Shown: positions 1 to 8,431 of the stretch, in pieces
Numbering within the stretch: the stretch's first letter is position 1
Layout: each line of letters begins with the position of its first letter
From: an uncultured Nitrospinaceae bacterium
GTDB lineage: Bacteria > UBA8248
NCBI GenBank assembly: GCA_964005815.1
Contig: CAXFSR010000035.1
Coordinates: 1-16,586 of the forward strand
Reading direction: 5' to 3'
DNA: 16,586 bases
Position numbers and translations under genes: made by a program
The notes under the pieces: model-generated
Told to the model about the DNA's origin: nothing
The model's input: the letters and a program-made list of their open reading frames with translations, nothing else
The model's database searches: none

Positions 1-173
1 GCAGTAACAAAATTTTGCAGAGTCCAACCACCACCTTCTTCTTCAGAAATAAGAAAACTCTCTTGAATAAGATAGTATACTGGATTAACAATCAAAATTA
101 GTAGAGCAACAGCAACAGTAGCCCAAACTAAAAAAGATGGGTCAAATTTTTTAGAAGTTTCATCAGATGACAA
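1..173 (-). CDS. ABC transporter permease, FbpB/ThiP-like (N-terminal part only; runs off the window edge)
   Basis: Not in the ORF track. Manual translation from TTG at 173 (SD-like AAAAGGTAGG just upstream) gives MSSDETSKKFDPSFLVWATVAVALLILIVNPVYYLIQESFLISEEEGGGWTLQNFVT: a first TM helix ending in 'NPVYYL' then 'WTLQNF', typical of iron(III)-class ABC permease N-termini. Lies directly downstream of a binding-protein gene of the same class. Confidence 0.8.
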   Translation of the reverse strand, partial: MSSDETSKKFDPSFLVWATVAVALLILIVNPVYYLIQESFLISEEEGGGWTLQNFVT

Positions 174-216
174 GACAAACCTACCTTTTATACTTCAGCA
201 AAAAACAAAAATTACT

Positions 217-252
217 ATTCTGTGAAGACAAAGTAAATTGTCTTCACAGAAT
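217..252 (-). terminator. Perfect 15-bp stem-loop between binding-protein and permease genes (intrinsic terminator or mRNA stabiliser)
   Basis: ATTCTGTGAAGACAA (217-231) / TTGTCTTCACAGAAT (238-252), 6-nt loop; followed on the minus strand by AGTAATTTTTGTTTTTT. Confidence 0.75.
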
Positions 253-279
253 TCTTAAACATAAACAGTTAGAAACGCA

Positions 280-1344
280 TTATTTCTTCTTCTTTTTCTT
301 CTTCTTTTTACCTTCAAGTTTAATACCACTAAAGATCTTCTTAAATCTCTTCCTAGAAGGTTTAGATTTTTTCTTAAGTTCCTGAGCTGGAACCTCAACC
401 AATTTGAACTTGCTAAGAGGTGTTTGCTCTTTAGGATAAGTGATTCCAGTATGACCTACATACAGACCCATATTAGCAAGAATCTGCTGTGCTTCTTGTG
501 AAAAAAGATAATCTGCATATACTTCTGCAGCATTTGGATGAGGTGCTTTAGCTAGAACAGAATTTGGAGAACGCACAAATGGAACTCCTTCTTTTGGAAT
601 CGCCATCGCTAAAGGTTCACCTTTCAAAATCTTGTTAAATGCAGAATACGCAACTGCACCATGTGTCATTAGTACTTCACCACGTGCAACCAAACCAAGT
701 GTCCCTGCAGCAGAACCATATCGACGTGGATTGTTAGCTTTAAGCTTTACAAAATAATCACCACCAAACAAGTTCTCCAAAACGATCATTGTTGCAGTCG
801 CAAAACCACCATAATTCGGATCGGAAACAACTAGTTTATTTTTCCATTTTGGATCATGATAATCCAGCCAACTTGTAGGAGCTTCTGAAGCTTTCACTAA
901 TTTTGTATTGTACACAGGTACCATTACACTAGAACGCAAAATATACCATCTTCCATCATCCGTTCTAAAGTTAGACAATAGTTTGTCTCCACCTTTTACT
1001 TTATAGGGACGAATATACTTCAACTTTTCATGCATGATCAAAAACTGACCGATGTTAGAAGTATGGAAAACGTCCGCCCTGTAAATTTTACCCCTAGCTT
1101 CTTTTCTGTAACGTTTATAAAGTTTACTAGAACCTGACCTATGTAAAACACACTTTATTCCTAAGTTCTTTTTGTTAAAGTTATTACATATTCTTTGGGA
1201 TATTTTCAGAGTAATAGAAGAATACCAAACAACTTTACCTTCTTTTTTGGCTGCTCTCATATCAGCTGAAAATGCGGAAGTACTATATAAAACAACAAAA
1301 AAACAGAATGCTAAAACCGCTCCTATCGACTTCTTGAGATACAT
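280..1344 (-). CDS. ABC transporter substrate-binding protein, Fe3+/thiamine/2-aminoethylphosphonate class (SBP_bac_6/8-like), with poly-Lys C-terminus
   Basis: Signal peptide (ending ..TSAFSA); motifs 'AAKKEGKVVWYSS', 'VYNTKLV..APTSWLD..DPKWK', 'PKEG', 'APHPNAA..YADYLFSQEAQ'; SD GAGGAGG upstream. Confidence 0.88.
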   Translation of the reverse strand: MYLKKSIGAVLAFCFFVVLYSTSAFSADMRAAKKEGKVVWYSSITLKISQRICNNFNKKNLGIKCVLHRSGSSKLYKRYRKEARGKIYRADVFHTSNIGQFLIMHEKLKYIRPYKVKGGDKLLSNFRTDDGRWYILRSSVMVPVYNTKLVKASEAPTSWLDYHDPKWKNKLVVSDPNYGGFATATMIVLENLFGGDYFVKLKANNPRRYGSAAGTLGLVARGEVLMTHGAVAYSAFNKILKGEPLAMAIPKEGVPFVRSPNSVLAKAPHPNAAEVYADYLFSQEAQQILANMGLYVGHTGITYPKEQTPLSKFKLVEVPAQELKKKSKPSRKRFKKIFSGIKLEGKKKKKKKKK

Positions 1345-1381
1345 TGAATAACCTCCTCTTTGTTTAACAAAAAAAGCAAAA

Positions 1382-1398
1382 TTTAATAGCCTATTAAA
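1382..1398. promoter_or_regulatory. 8-1-8 palindrome upstream of the binding-protein gene, candidate operator
   Basis: TTTAATAG-C-CTATTAAA, a perfect dyad about 40 bp upstream of the ATG at 1344. Confidence 0.4.
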
Positions 1399-1471
1399 GG
1401 AAATATATCCTCAACTTAACACAAAAAGATCATAAAAAAAGATTTTTCTCCCTTCTTATAAAGATAAATAG

Positions 1472-2710
1472 TTATTTATTTTCTCTATATATTTTCAAAA
1501 ATTCGTTAACATCAGGGTCAATTCTTCTTGTTTCCCCTAAATATTCGGTTGCAACCTCGATAGCATTCTTTCCTGTACCTGTTCCTATACAAACGATAGT
1601 CTCACTTCTTTGAAGTTTATTTTTTCTATTAGCTTGATTTGTAAGGCTAGCTATAGATGCTGCAGAAGCAGGTTGCAAAAAAACACCTTCTTTTTTCGCC
1701 AAAAGAAATTCCATATCTAAATTCATTTGATCGGTAACTTGAACTGCATCTCCACCAGTTTTTTTAACTATTTCAACGACTTTGTCACCACATGCAGGAC
1801 TTGGACTAGTCAAACCAGCTGACTTCGTGTCTACTTTCCCCCATGGTTTTACTTTTTCCCCGGAGTGAAAAGATTCGACTATAGGGGCACAACCATCAGA
1901 CTGTACGATATCAATCGCAGGAATCCGATCTATCCATCCTAGTTCAAAAAGTTCACTAAATCCCTGTTCAAGTGCAATACAAGTAGTTCCTCCAGCAGTA
2001 GGACAAATAACTCGATCAGGCACCTTCCAATCAAACTTCTCTGCTATTTCATATGCAATAGTTTTTTTGCCTTCAACTCTATATAAGTTTCTTGGCAAAG
2101 TAGCATGCAAACATTTCAATTCTTCAGAAACTTCTTCTGCAAGTCTTCCACAAACTCCCTGATCAGCGTTAACAACAAAAGTAAATGCTCCATAAGCTTC
2201 TACCTGGACACAATGTGCCTGTGAACTATCATCTCTTACAAAACCGATAAAATCCAAACCTCCCCTTGCACAATATGCACTAAAGCAAGCAGCTGCATTG
2301 CCTGAAGATGGAAGAATAATTTGTTCAATGCCAACTTCCTTACACTTACTTATAGTCACTGACCCACCCCGATCCTTAAAAGAACCTGTAGGATTCCTTG
2401 ATTCGTCGAGTATAAATAACCGATCTAGGGCCAGTTCTTTCCCTAACTCTTGAGCATGAATAAGTGGAGTATCTCCTTCATGAAGAGAAACTATATTTTT
2501 TTGATCTCTCACAGGCAGCAATTCATGCCAACGCCAGATACCTGAAGGTCTTGTCCTCAACTCGTCTCGATCTACACTTGTATTAATCCAAGCTAAGTCA
2601 TACAAGCCTTTCAGAGTCCCTCCAGAATCAGGACAGGTAAATGGGTGCTTTAGATCATCGACAATTTTATTAGTTTCTAGACTTAATAATCCTTTAATTG
2701 TACTAAACAT
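1472..2710 (-). CDS. Threonine-synthase-like PLP-dependent enzyme (fold type II), divergent paralogue
   Basis: 'IWRWHELLP', 'SLHEGDTPL', 'NPTGSFKDRG' (PLP lysine), 'SSGNA', 'YRVEGKKTIAYEIAE', 'PASAAS'. Several canonical ThrC motifs are altered, so no thrC symbol is assigned. Confidence 0.85.
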   Translation of the reverse strand: MFSTIKGLLSLETNKIVDDLKHPFTCPDSGGTLKGLYDLAWINTSVDRDELRTRPSGIWRWHELLPVRDQKNIVSLHEGDTPLIHAQELGKELALDRLFILDESRNPTGSFKDRGGSVTISKCKEVGIEQIILPSSGNAAACFSAYCARGGLDFIGFVRDDSSQAHCVQVEAYGAFTFVVNADQGVCGRLAEEVSEELKCLHATLPRNLYRVEGKKTIAYEIAEKFDWKVPDRVICPTAGGTTCIALEQGFSELFELGWIDRIPAIDIVQSDGCAPIVESFHSGEKVKPWGKVDTKSAGLTSPSPACGDKVVEIVKKTGGDAVQVTDQMNLDMEFLLAKKEGVFLQPASAASIASLTNQANRKNKLQRSETIVCIGTGTGKNAIEVATEYLGETRRIDPDVNEFLKIYRENK

Positions 2711-2755
2711 AAATTTTCTTTTCGCCTTTATTTAATTTTGGATTTTTTTAAAAAT

Positions 2756-3889
2756 TTATTCTTCAAGACCAGACATTAATTCTGCAGGGTCTATAGGTAG
2801 TTGAATTTCACACTGTCGCTTTGCAGAAAGATCCATTGCCATGGTTAACATCAAGTTTCGATGCGCTTCCGAAGCCGTCGCATGAGGAGTATTTTTTCCA
2901 GAATATATCCTCTGGAACCAAGAATTAGTTTCTTCTCTCATTGGTCCCCACAATTCACCTTCATAAATATCTCCAGGAGGAAAACTTGTTAAAAAATCAA
3001 CATTTCTTTCCGCTTCCATAACGAAATCTTCCGGTCTATAAGCAGGTCCTTGAGAGAATTCTGATGCCATAACAACATCTCTATGTGTATCTTCTATATC
3101 TACTACACCTTTTGTACCTACAATTCCAATTTCCAAACCATACACCGCTCCTGGCCAAGCTTTAGGCAAAGCCCAACAAATATTCATACTCCATATAGCA
3201 CCATTATCCATTGTGAAAACACCGAAAGTAGCATCTTTTGTTCCTAGATCACTCAAAATCTTTTCTGTCGACCTTGCAAATATGGAAACTGGTTTCGCAG
3301 ATGGCCCCATTATCCACATGCACATGTCTAAACTGTGAGTCCCTGATACAACCATTGGAGTCAGAAAACGTCGATCCTTTGTCAAACGAACTTCTCCTGT
3401 TGGAGCCATACGATTCATAAAAGCCCGTGTAACTGCTGCTGTGACATCTCCTATCTGACCATTATCCACTCTTTCCTTTACCGCAAGGAAACGTCTACGG
3501 AAACGTTGTGTATACCCTACTACGGCATCTACTCCGCTAGTATTAATAGTTTCTAAAACCTTTGCAGATTCTCTGGCATCTGTGGCTAAAGGTTTTTCTA
3601 TCATCAATGAATGTCCAAGTTCAGCCGCCAAAATAGAGGGTTCAACGTGCGCCCAAGTTGAAGTTGCTACTATAACAGCATCAACTTCAGGTCGATTTAA
3701 CAATTCTTTTAAATCCGTTGTAAAAAAATCTGCCTGGATATCTTTTTTTAGATTTTCTCCTACTTTCTGATTCATATCAGTAAGACCTATCCATCCTATA
3801 CCAGGAAAATCTTTTGCCAAAGTTGCTCTCATACGTCCAACAACCCCGCAACCTACAACAGCTAATCCTAATTCTTTTCTTTCAGACAT
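2756..3889 (-). CDS. Gfo/Idh/MocA family NAD(P)-dependent oxidoreductase (inositol/sugar dehydrogenase-like)
   Basis: Rossmann 'AVVGCGVVG', 'VDAVIVAT', 'IEKPLA', 'VGYTQRF', catalytic 'GTHSLD'. Confidence 0.9.
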   Translation of the reverse strand: MSERKELGLAVVGCGVVGRMRATLAKDFPGIGWIGLTDMNQKVGENLKKDIQADFFTTDLKELLNRPEVDAVIVATSTWAHVEPSILAAELGHSLMIEKPLATDARESAKVLETINTSGVDAVVGYTQRFRRRFLAVKERVDNGQIGDVTAAVTRAFMNRMAPTGEVRLTKDRRFLTPMVVSGTHSLDMCMWIMGPSAKPVSIFARSTEKILSDLGTKDATFGVFTMDNGAIWSMNICWALPKAWPGAVYGLEIGIVGTKGVVDIEDTHRDVVMASEFSQGPAYRPEDFVMEAERNVDFLTSFPPGDIYEGELWGPMREETNSWFQRIYSGKNTPHATASEAHRNLMLTMAMDLSAKRQCEIQLPIDPAELMSGLEE

Positions 3890-3969
3890 TGGACAAAGAC
3901 CTCCACTTTAAAATGAAATTTTCAATAAAATTATTCTAGAAATTTTAATGATAAGGATAGACTCAAATA

Positions 3970-5064
3970 TTAAAAAACAGATATTCCCGATTCTATATCG
4001 AACAAATGCATTCCATCACTAATAGGAGCAAAATAAAGTTTCTCTCCCACTTCTGTCTTAACATTAGTTGGAACACGTGCCGTAAATGCACTTCCTTCAA
4101 CGTCTAATTCGAGAAAAATATCAGAACCAACTGGTTCTACAAGTTCAACCACTCCCCCAAAAGAGTTCTCCGCATTATCTTCTCTAGCAACAATTGCAAT
4201 ATCTTCAGGTCTGATGCCAAAGACACCCTCACTTTTCTGATAAGATTTAATTAAGTTTTTTTGTAACTCATTTGCTTTGAAAGAAAATCCCTTGCCTTCA
4301 AGTAAAAGATCATCGCCTACTGTCTTAATAGATACTTCATTAAAATTCATTGCTGGACTCCCGATAAAACCAGCAACAAATTGATTCGCTGGTTTCTGGT
4401 AAATTTCCATCGGTGTTCCAACCTGTTGTATAGTCGCATCAAGCATAACAACAATTCTATCTCCCATTGTCATGGCTTCAATTTGATCATGAGTTACATA
4501 GACGGATGTCACTTGTAATCTTTTATGCAACTTCAAGAGTTCTACTCTTGTCTGGACTCTAAGTTTAGCGTCCAAATTTGACAAAGGTTCATCAAAAAGA
4601 AAAACAGCTGGATCCCTAACAATAGCCCTTCCTACTGCAACTCTTTGTCTTTGTCCTCCTGAAAGTTGTTTAGGTCTTCTTTTTAGCAGTTCTTCAATAC
4701 CTAAAATACTTGCCGCTTCAAGAACTCTTCTTTGAATCTCATCCTTTGGAACACGCCTTAATTGGAGACCGAAAGCCATATTATCGAAAACTGTTTTATG
4801 TGGATACAACGCATAATTCTGAAAAACCATTGCTATGTTACGATCACGTGGCAATACATCATTTAATCTCCTACCGTCAAGAAAAATATCCCCACCAGTA
4901 GCATCTTCTAATCCAGCAATCATTCTTAAAGTAGTTGACTTACCACAACCGGATGGGCCTAAAAGGACTAAAAATTCCTGATCCTTAATCTCCAAATTTA
5001 CATCCTTAACTGCAGTAACTTCTCCAAATTTCTTCGTGAGATCCTGTAATTTTAGCTCACCCAA
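3970..5064 (-). CDS. Carbohydrate ABC transporter ATP-binding protein (MalK/UgpC family)
   Basis: Walker A GPSGCGKS, 'VFQNYALYPH', signature LSGGQRQR, Walker B FLFDEPLSNLDAKLR, 'YVTHDQIEAMT', C-terminal 'GIRPED' TOBE region; TTG start with SD AGGAGG. Confidence 0.95.
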   Translation of the reverse strand: MGELKLQDLTKKFGEVTAVKDVNLEIKDQEFLVLLGPSGCGKSTTLRMIAGLEDATGGDIFLDGRRLNDVLPRDRNIAMVFQNYALYPHKTVFDNMAFGLQLRRVPKDEIQRRVLEAASILGIEELLKRRPKQLSGGQRQRVAVGRAIVRDPAVFLFDEPLSNLDAKLRVQTRVELLKLHKRLQVTSVYVTHDQIEAMTMGDRIVVMLDATIQQVGTPMEIYQKPANQFVAGFIGSPAMNFNEVSIKTVGDDLLLEGKGFSFKANELQKNLIKSYQKSEGVFGIRPEDIAIVAREDNAENSFGGVVELVEPVGSDIFLELDVEGSAFTARVPTNVKTEVGEKLYFAPISDGMHLFDIESGISVF

Positions 5065-5080
5065 AACAAACCTCCTATTT

Positions 5081-5113
5081 TAAGACTGATGTCTTAAAAA
5101 AACATCAGTCTTA
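5081..5113 (-). terminator. Perfect 12-bp stem-loop between permease and ATPase genes
   Basis: TAAGACTGATGT (5081-5092) / ACATCAGTCTTA (5102-5113), overlapping the permease stop codon. No strong U-tract, so it may be a stabiliser or processing site rather than a terminator. Confidence 0.5.
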
Positions 5114-6010
5114 TTGTTTTAAAGCGCCTTCCGTAAGTCCTTTAACGAAAAATTCACTTAAAAATGAGTAAATAATAGCTATAGGGAGAGAACCTAAAAA
5201 AGTTGCGGCCATTAACTTTCCCCAGTAATACGCATCGCCTAACACAAGCTGACCGTGTACACCTTGAGGAATCGTTTTCAATTCATCCGTGCTTATAAAA
5301 GTCAAAGCATATAAAAATTCATTCCAAGAGAATGTAAAAGCAAAAATCGATGCAGCAAGAACTCCTGGCAATGAAAGTGGAAGTGCAATTTTATAGAATG
5401 CCTGAATCCTGGTGCAACCATCTATCATTGCACTCTCCTCTAAGTCTGCAGGTATATTTTTAAAATATCCCAACATGAACCAAGTACAAAATGGAATTAA
5501 ATGTGTTGGATACGCTAAAATGAGAGCTAATCTAGTATCCACTAATCCCCAATTATAAAAAACATACGCTAGAGGCAAAAATAGAACAGATACTGGAACT
5601 AAATATGTTACTATGATGCCCATGCCAAGATAGGAAGAACCTTTAAAACGGAGTCTAGCAAGCGCGTATCCAGCTAATGCACCTATAAAAACAGAAAAAA
5701 TTGTGGATGCAAGTCCTACGAAAAGGCTATTCCAAACCCAGCTTAAGAATTCAGTATCTTCAAGCAAATCTACGTAGTGTTCTAAAGAAAACGAATGAAA
5801 ACTCCAAGGGCTTTGGTCGGTATCATAAAGTTTCTCTTCACTAGTAAACGACGAAATCGTCAACCAAAGATAAGGGAAAAGAGCAAAAGCCATAAAGAAA
5901 AACAAAGGAATATAAAGAAAGAAAATTCTATGAAGAAATCTACGTTGTCGCATTGTAAATTCAATTTTAGAACTGTTTTGGGTCTCATTTTTCATACTTA
6001 CATCAGACAC
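5111..6010 (-). CDS. Carbohydrate ABC transporter permease (MalG-like)
   Basis: Multiple TM segments; EAA loop 'IPADLEESAMIDGCT'; 'FSWNEFLYAL'; C-terminal 'FVKGLTEGALK'. Start is GTG 6010 or the ATG 15 nt downstream. Confidence 0.93.
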   Translation of the reverse strand: MSDVSMKNETQNSSKIEFTMRQRRFLHRIFFLYIPLFFFMAFALFPYLWLTISSFTSEEKLYDTDQSPWSFHSFSLEHYVDLLEDTEFLSWVWNSLFVGLASTIFSVFIGALAGYALARLRFKGSSYLGMGIIVTYLVPVSVLFLPLAYVFYNWGLVDTRLALILAYPTHLIPFCTWFMLGYFKNIPADLEESAMIDGCTRIQAFYKIALPLSLPGVLAASIFAFTFSWNEFLYALTFISTDELKTIPQGVHGQLVLGDAYYWGKLMAATFLGSLPIAIIYSFLSEFFVKGLTEGALKQ

Positions 6011-6961
6011 TTAATCTTCCTTCCTCATTCGATAAAAACGAATAAACAAGATTACAAATAGAATCGGAAACATCGTAAAAGAAATTGCAATTCCTTCACT
6101 CATTTGTCCTGCATCAAATGCTCTCTGATGAGCAAGTGTAGAGAAAACGTGAGTACTATCTGCTGGACCTCCATGCGTGATTACATAAATAATATTAAAA
6201 TCACTTATAGTCCAAATCGTACCGAACAGCGTAACAATAATTAGCACATGTTTAATATTTGGAAGAGTAACATGTAAAAATTGTGAAAATAAACCAGCAC
6301 CGTCAATCTCAGCAGCCTCATATTGTTCTTGTGGAACTGTCTGCAAAGCAGCTAATAGTGAAACTATAAAGAATGGAGTCCCTCTCCATACATTGACTAT
6401 AATAATAGACGTGAGCGCCATACCCCAATCAGTAAGCCATAAGATCATTTCATCAATAAGACCAAAAGATATTAAAGTTCTCCCTATTACCCCATATTGA
6501 TCATCAAACATCCACAACCAAATAAGAGCACTTAATACTGATGGAATAATCCAAGGAAGGAGAACAAAACCTCTAAAAAAATTCTTCATAAAAAAAGCTT
6601 GATTCATAACCAGTGCACCAAGGATTCCTAAAATCAACTTAGCGAGAACTGAAATGGTAGTAAAAATCAAAGCATTTACAACTGTCCATCTATAAACTGA
6701 ATCTTGCCAAAGCATAATATAATTTTGAAAACCAACAAAATTACCCTCGACACCGACCTCTTTGTCGAGCATAGTCAACCAAATTGCTTTTATGAATGGA
6801 TATCCAAGAAAAACAAGAAGAAAGATAATTGCAGGAGCCAAAAGTATATAACCAAGAACTTCTGGTTTCTCCATCCACCTTCCTAAGGGACCAAGTGGGG
6901 GAAAATCCTCCCCCACTTTACCACCTAAATTCAAATTCTTGTCATCTAAACTGCCTGCCAT
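6011..6961 (-). CDS. Carbohydrate ABC transporter permease (MalF-like)
   Basis: 'FVGFQNY', 'LLPWIIPSV', EAA loop 'YEAAEIDGAG', 'HVTLP', 'THGGPADST'; SD AGGAG. Confidence 0.93.
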   Translation of the reverse strand: MAGSLDDKNLNLGGKVGEDFPPLGPLGRWMEKPEVLGYILLAPAIIFLLVFLGYPFIKAIWLTMLDKEVGVEGNFVGFQNYIMLWQDSVYRWTVVNALIFTTISVLAKLILGILGALVMNQAFFMKNFFRGFVLLPWIIPSVLSALIWLWMFDDQYGVIGRTLISFGLIDEMILWLTDWGMALTSIIIVNVWRGTPFFIVSLLAALQTVPQEQYEAAEIDGAGLFSQFLHVTLPNIKHVLIIVTLFGTIWTISDFNIIYVITHGGPADSTHVFSTLAHQRAFDAGQMSEGIAISFTMFPILFVILFIRFYRMRKED

Positions 6962-7000
6962 TAGAACTACTCCTATACCTTATTTAAAGCAGGCGTATAA

Positions 7001-8296
7001 TTATTGAACTTTATATAATTTCCTAAGTTCTTTAACTGCTTGTTTAATCGAATCGTCAATATTCTGACCCTTAACATAACGCTGCGCCATCGACAAAAGA
7101 ACAAAACGTGCATGAGTCTGTGCACCAGCCTTACTAGGTGGTCCAGGCCAACCAGGCAAATGGGCAAATTTTGCTTGCTTTGCCATCACACGAGTAAATT
7201 CATTGTCAGGTAATTTTGCAGCCAATCCATTATAAACAGGTATAAACATCCAGGACTTTACAGCATACTCTGTTTGAATTTCAGGTCTTAACATAAATTT
7301 AATAAACTCTTTTGCATCCTTTTTATGTTTCGAATGCTTTAGAAGAACTAAAGTCATAGGAATAGAAGTACAGTGTCTTCCAGCTGGACCACGAGGTATT
7401 AGAGAGAATCCAATATTTTCATAAATAAATTTCCATTTCTTTTTTGGTTTCCAGTTTTTCTTCTTTTTCCTATTTACATTCCATTGACTAGACTTCCACC
7501 AAATACTTGCCGCATTGATAGTCATACCAATTTTCCCACCAAGAAAACCTTGGTTGTTCTCTAAAGTTTTCCAACCAATTGTTGATTTTGGCCAAGCTTC
7601 TTTATAAGCTTTTTTAATAAATCGCAAACCAGCTCTAGTCTCTGGAGAATCAATAGTAATTTTTTTTCCGTCTGTCGACACCTGTCTACTACCATAACCC
7701 CATAGAATACAGAGTACTGTAGTACTTGGGTCAATTACATGACTTCCCAATGCTTCAGCCCAAGGAGCTAATTTTGCTTTCTTAAGTTTTTTCCCTATTC
7801 TAAGAGCGTCTTCCCAAGTATCAGGAGGATTTTCTCCTATCTTCTTTAATAGATCTTTACGATAGTTCAGAATTTGAGAAACCCCAATATACGGTGCAGC
7901 CAACCATTTACCATCAATCTTTCCCGCATCATAGAAAACATTAGAGAAACCACCATATTTTTTCTCAAGTGGTTTTAGAACATCATCTAACGGCTCTAGA
8001 GATTCTTTGACAGTAACAGGCCTATTGTAAAGAGCCATAATCATGTCAGCACCTGACTTTGTCTCTGCTGCAGTAACCAATTTTCTACCAAGGGCTCTAG
8101 ATGCTACAAATTCAATCTTAACATCAATACCTGTAGCTTTCTTGAATTTTGCAGGTATTGATTTTAGATATGTTTGAGCAGCAACGGCAGGAACTGTACG
8201 AACTACTACTTTTAGCTTTGCGGAAACATTACTAAAAGAAAATGCAACTAAAGCAAAAGCTACAACAGTTAAAACTGCGAATCGTCTAAAACTCAT
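7001..8296 (-). CDS. Carbohydrate ABC transporter substrate-binding protein (SBP_bac_1 family)
   Basis: Signal peptide MSFRRFAVLTVVAFALVAFSFSNVSA; 'FKKATGIDVKIE', 'NYRKDLL', 'PPDTWED', 'PRGPAG', 'AKEFIKFM'; strong SD GGAGGAGG; first gene of the permease/ATPase run. Confidence 0.9.
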   Translation of the reverse strand: MSFRRFAVLTVVAFALVAFSFSNVSAKLKVVVRTVPAVAAQTYLKSIPAKFKKATGIDVKIEFVASRALGRKLVTAAETKSGADMIMALYNRPVTVKESLEPLDDVLKPLEKKYGGFSNVFYDAGKIDGKWLAAPYIGVSQILNYRKDLLKKIGENPPDTWEDALRIGKKLKKAKLAPWAEALGSHVIDPSTTVLCILWGYGSRQVSTDGKKITIDSPETRAGLRFIKKAYKEAWPKSTIGWKTLENNQGFLGGKIGMTINAASIWWKSSQWNVNRKKKKNWKPKKKWKFIYENIGFSLIPRGPAGRHCTSIPMTLVLLKHSKHKKDAKEFIKFMLRPEIQTEYAVKSWMFIPVYNGLAAKLPDNEFTRVMAKQAKFAHLPGWPGPPSKAGAQTHARFVLLSMAQRYVKGQNIDDSIKQAVKELRKLYKVQ

Positions 8297-8355
8297 AACC
8301 CCTCCTCCATGTCATCTTACGAAAAGTAAGGAAGCAAAAATATATAATAAAATGT

Positions 8356-8396
8356 GTATGTCTTAAACTTATAACATACTGATGAAACACAATCAA
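8356..8396 (-). promoter_or_regulatory. Sigma70-type promoter of the sugar ABC operon with an overlapping inverted repeat
   Basis: Minus strand TTGATT (8396-8391), 17-nt spacer, TATAAG (8373-8368) preceded by TGn (extended -10). GTATGT (8356-8361) / ACATAC (8374-8379) flank the -10. Confidence 0.5.
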
Positions 8397-8431
8397 GAAA
8401 CTCAAACTTATATAAATTTGGAAGACGTTTG

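Noticed and set aside
167..385. 72-aa + strand ORF with a poly-Phe run
   Set aside because: It is the antisense shadow of the poly-Lys tail of the binding-protein gene and spans the hairpin; no independent evidence of coding.
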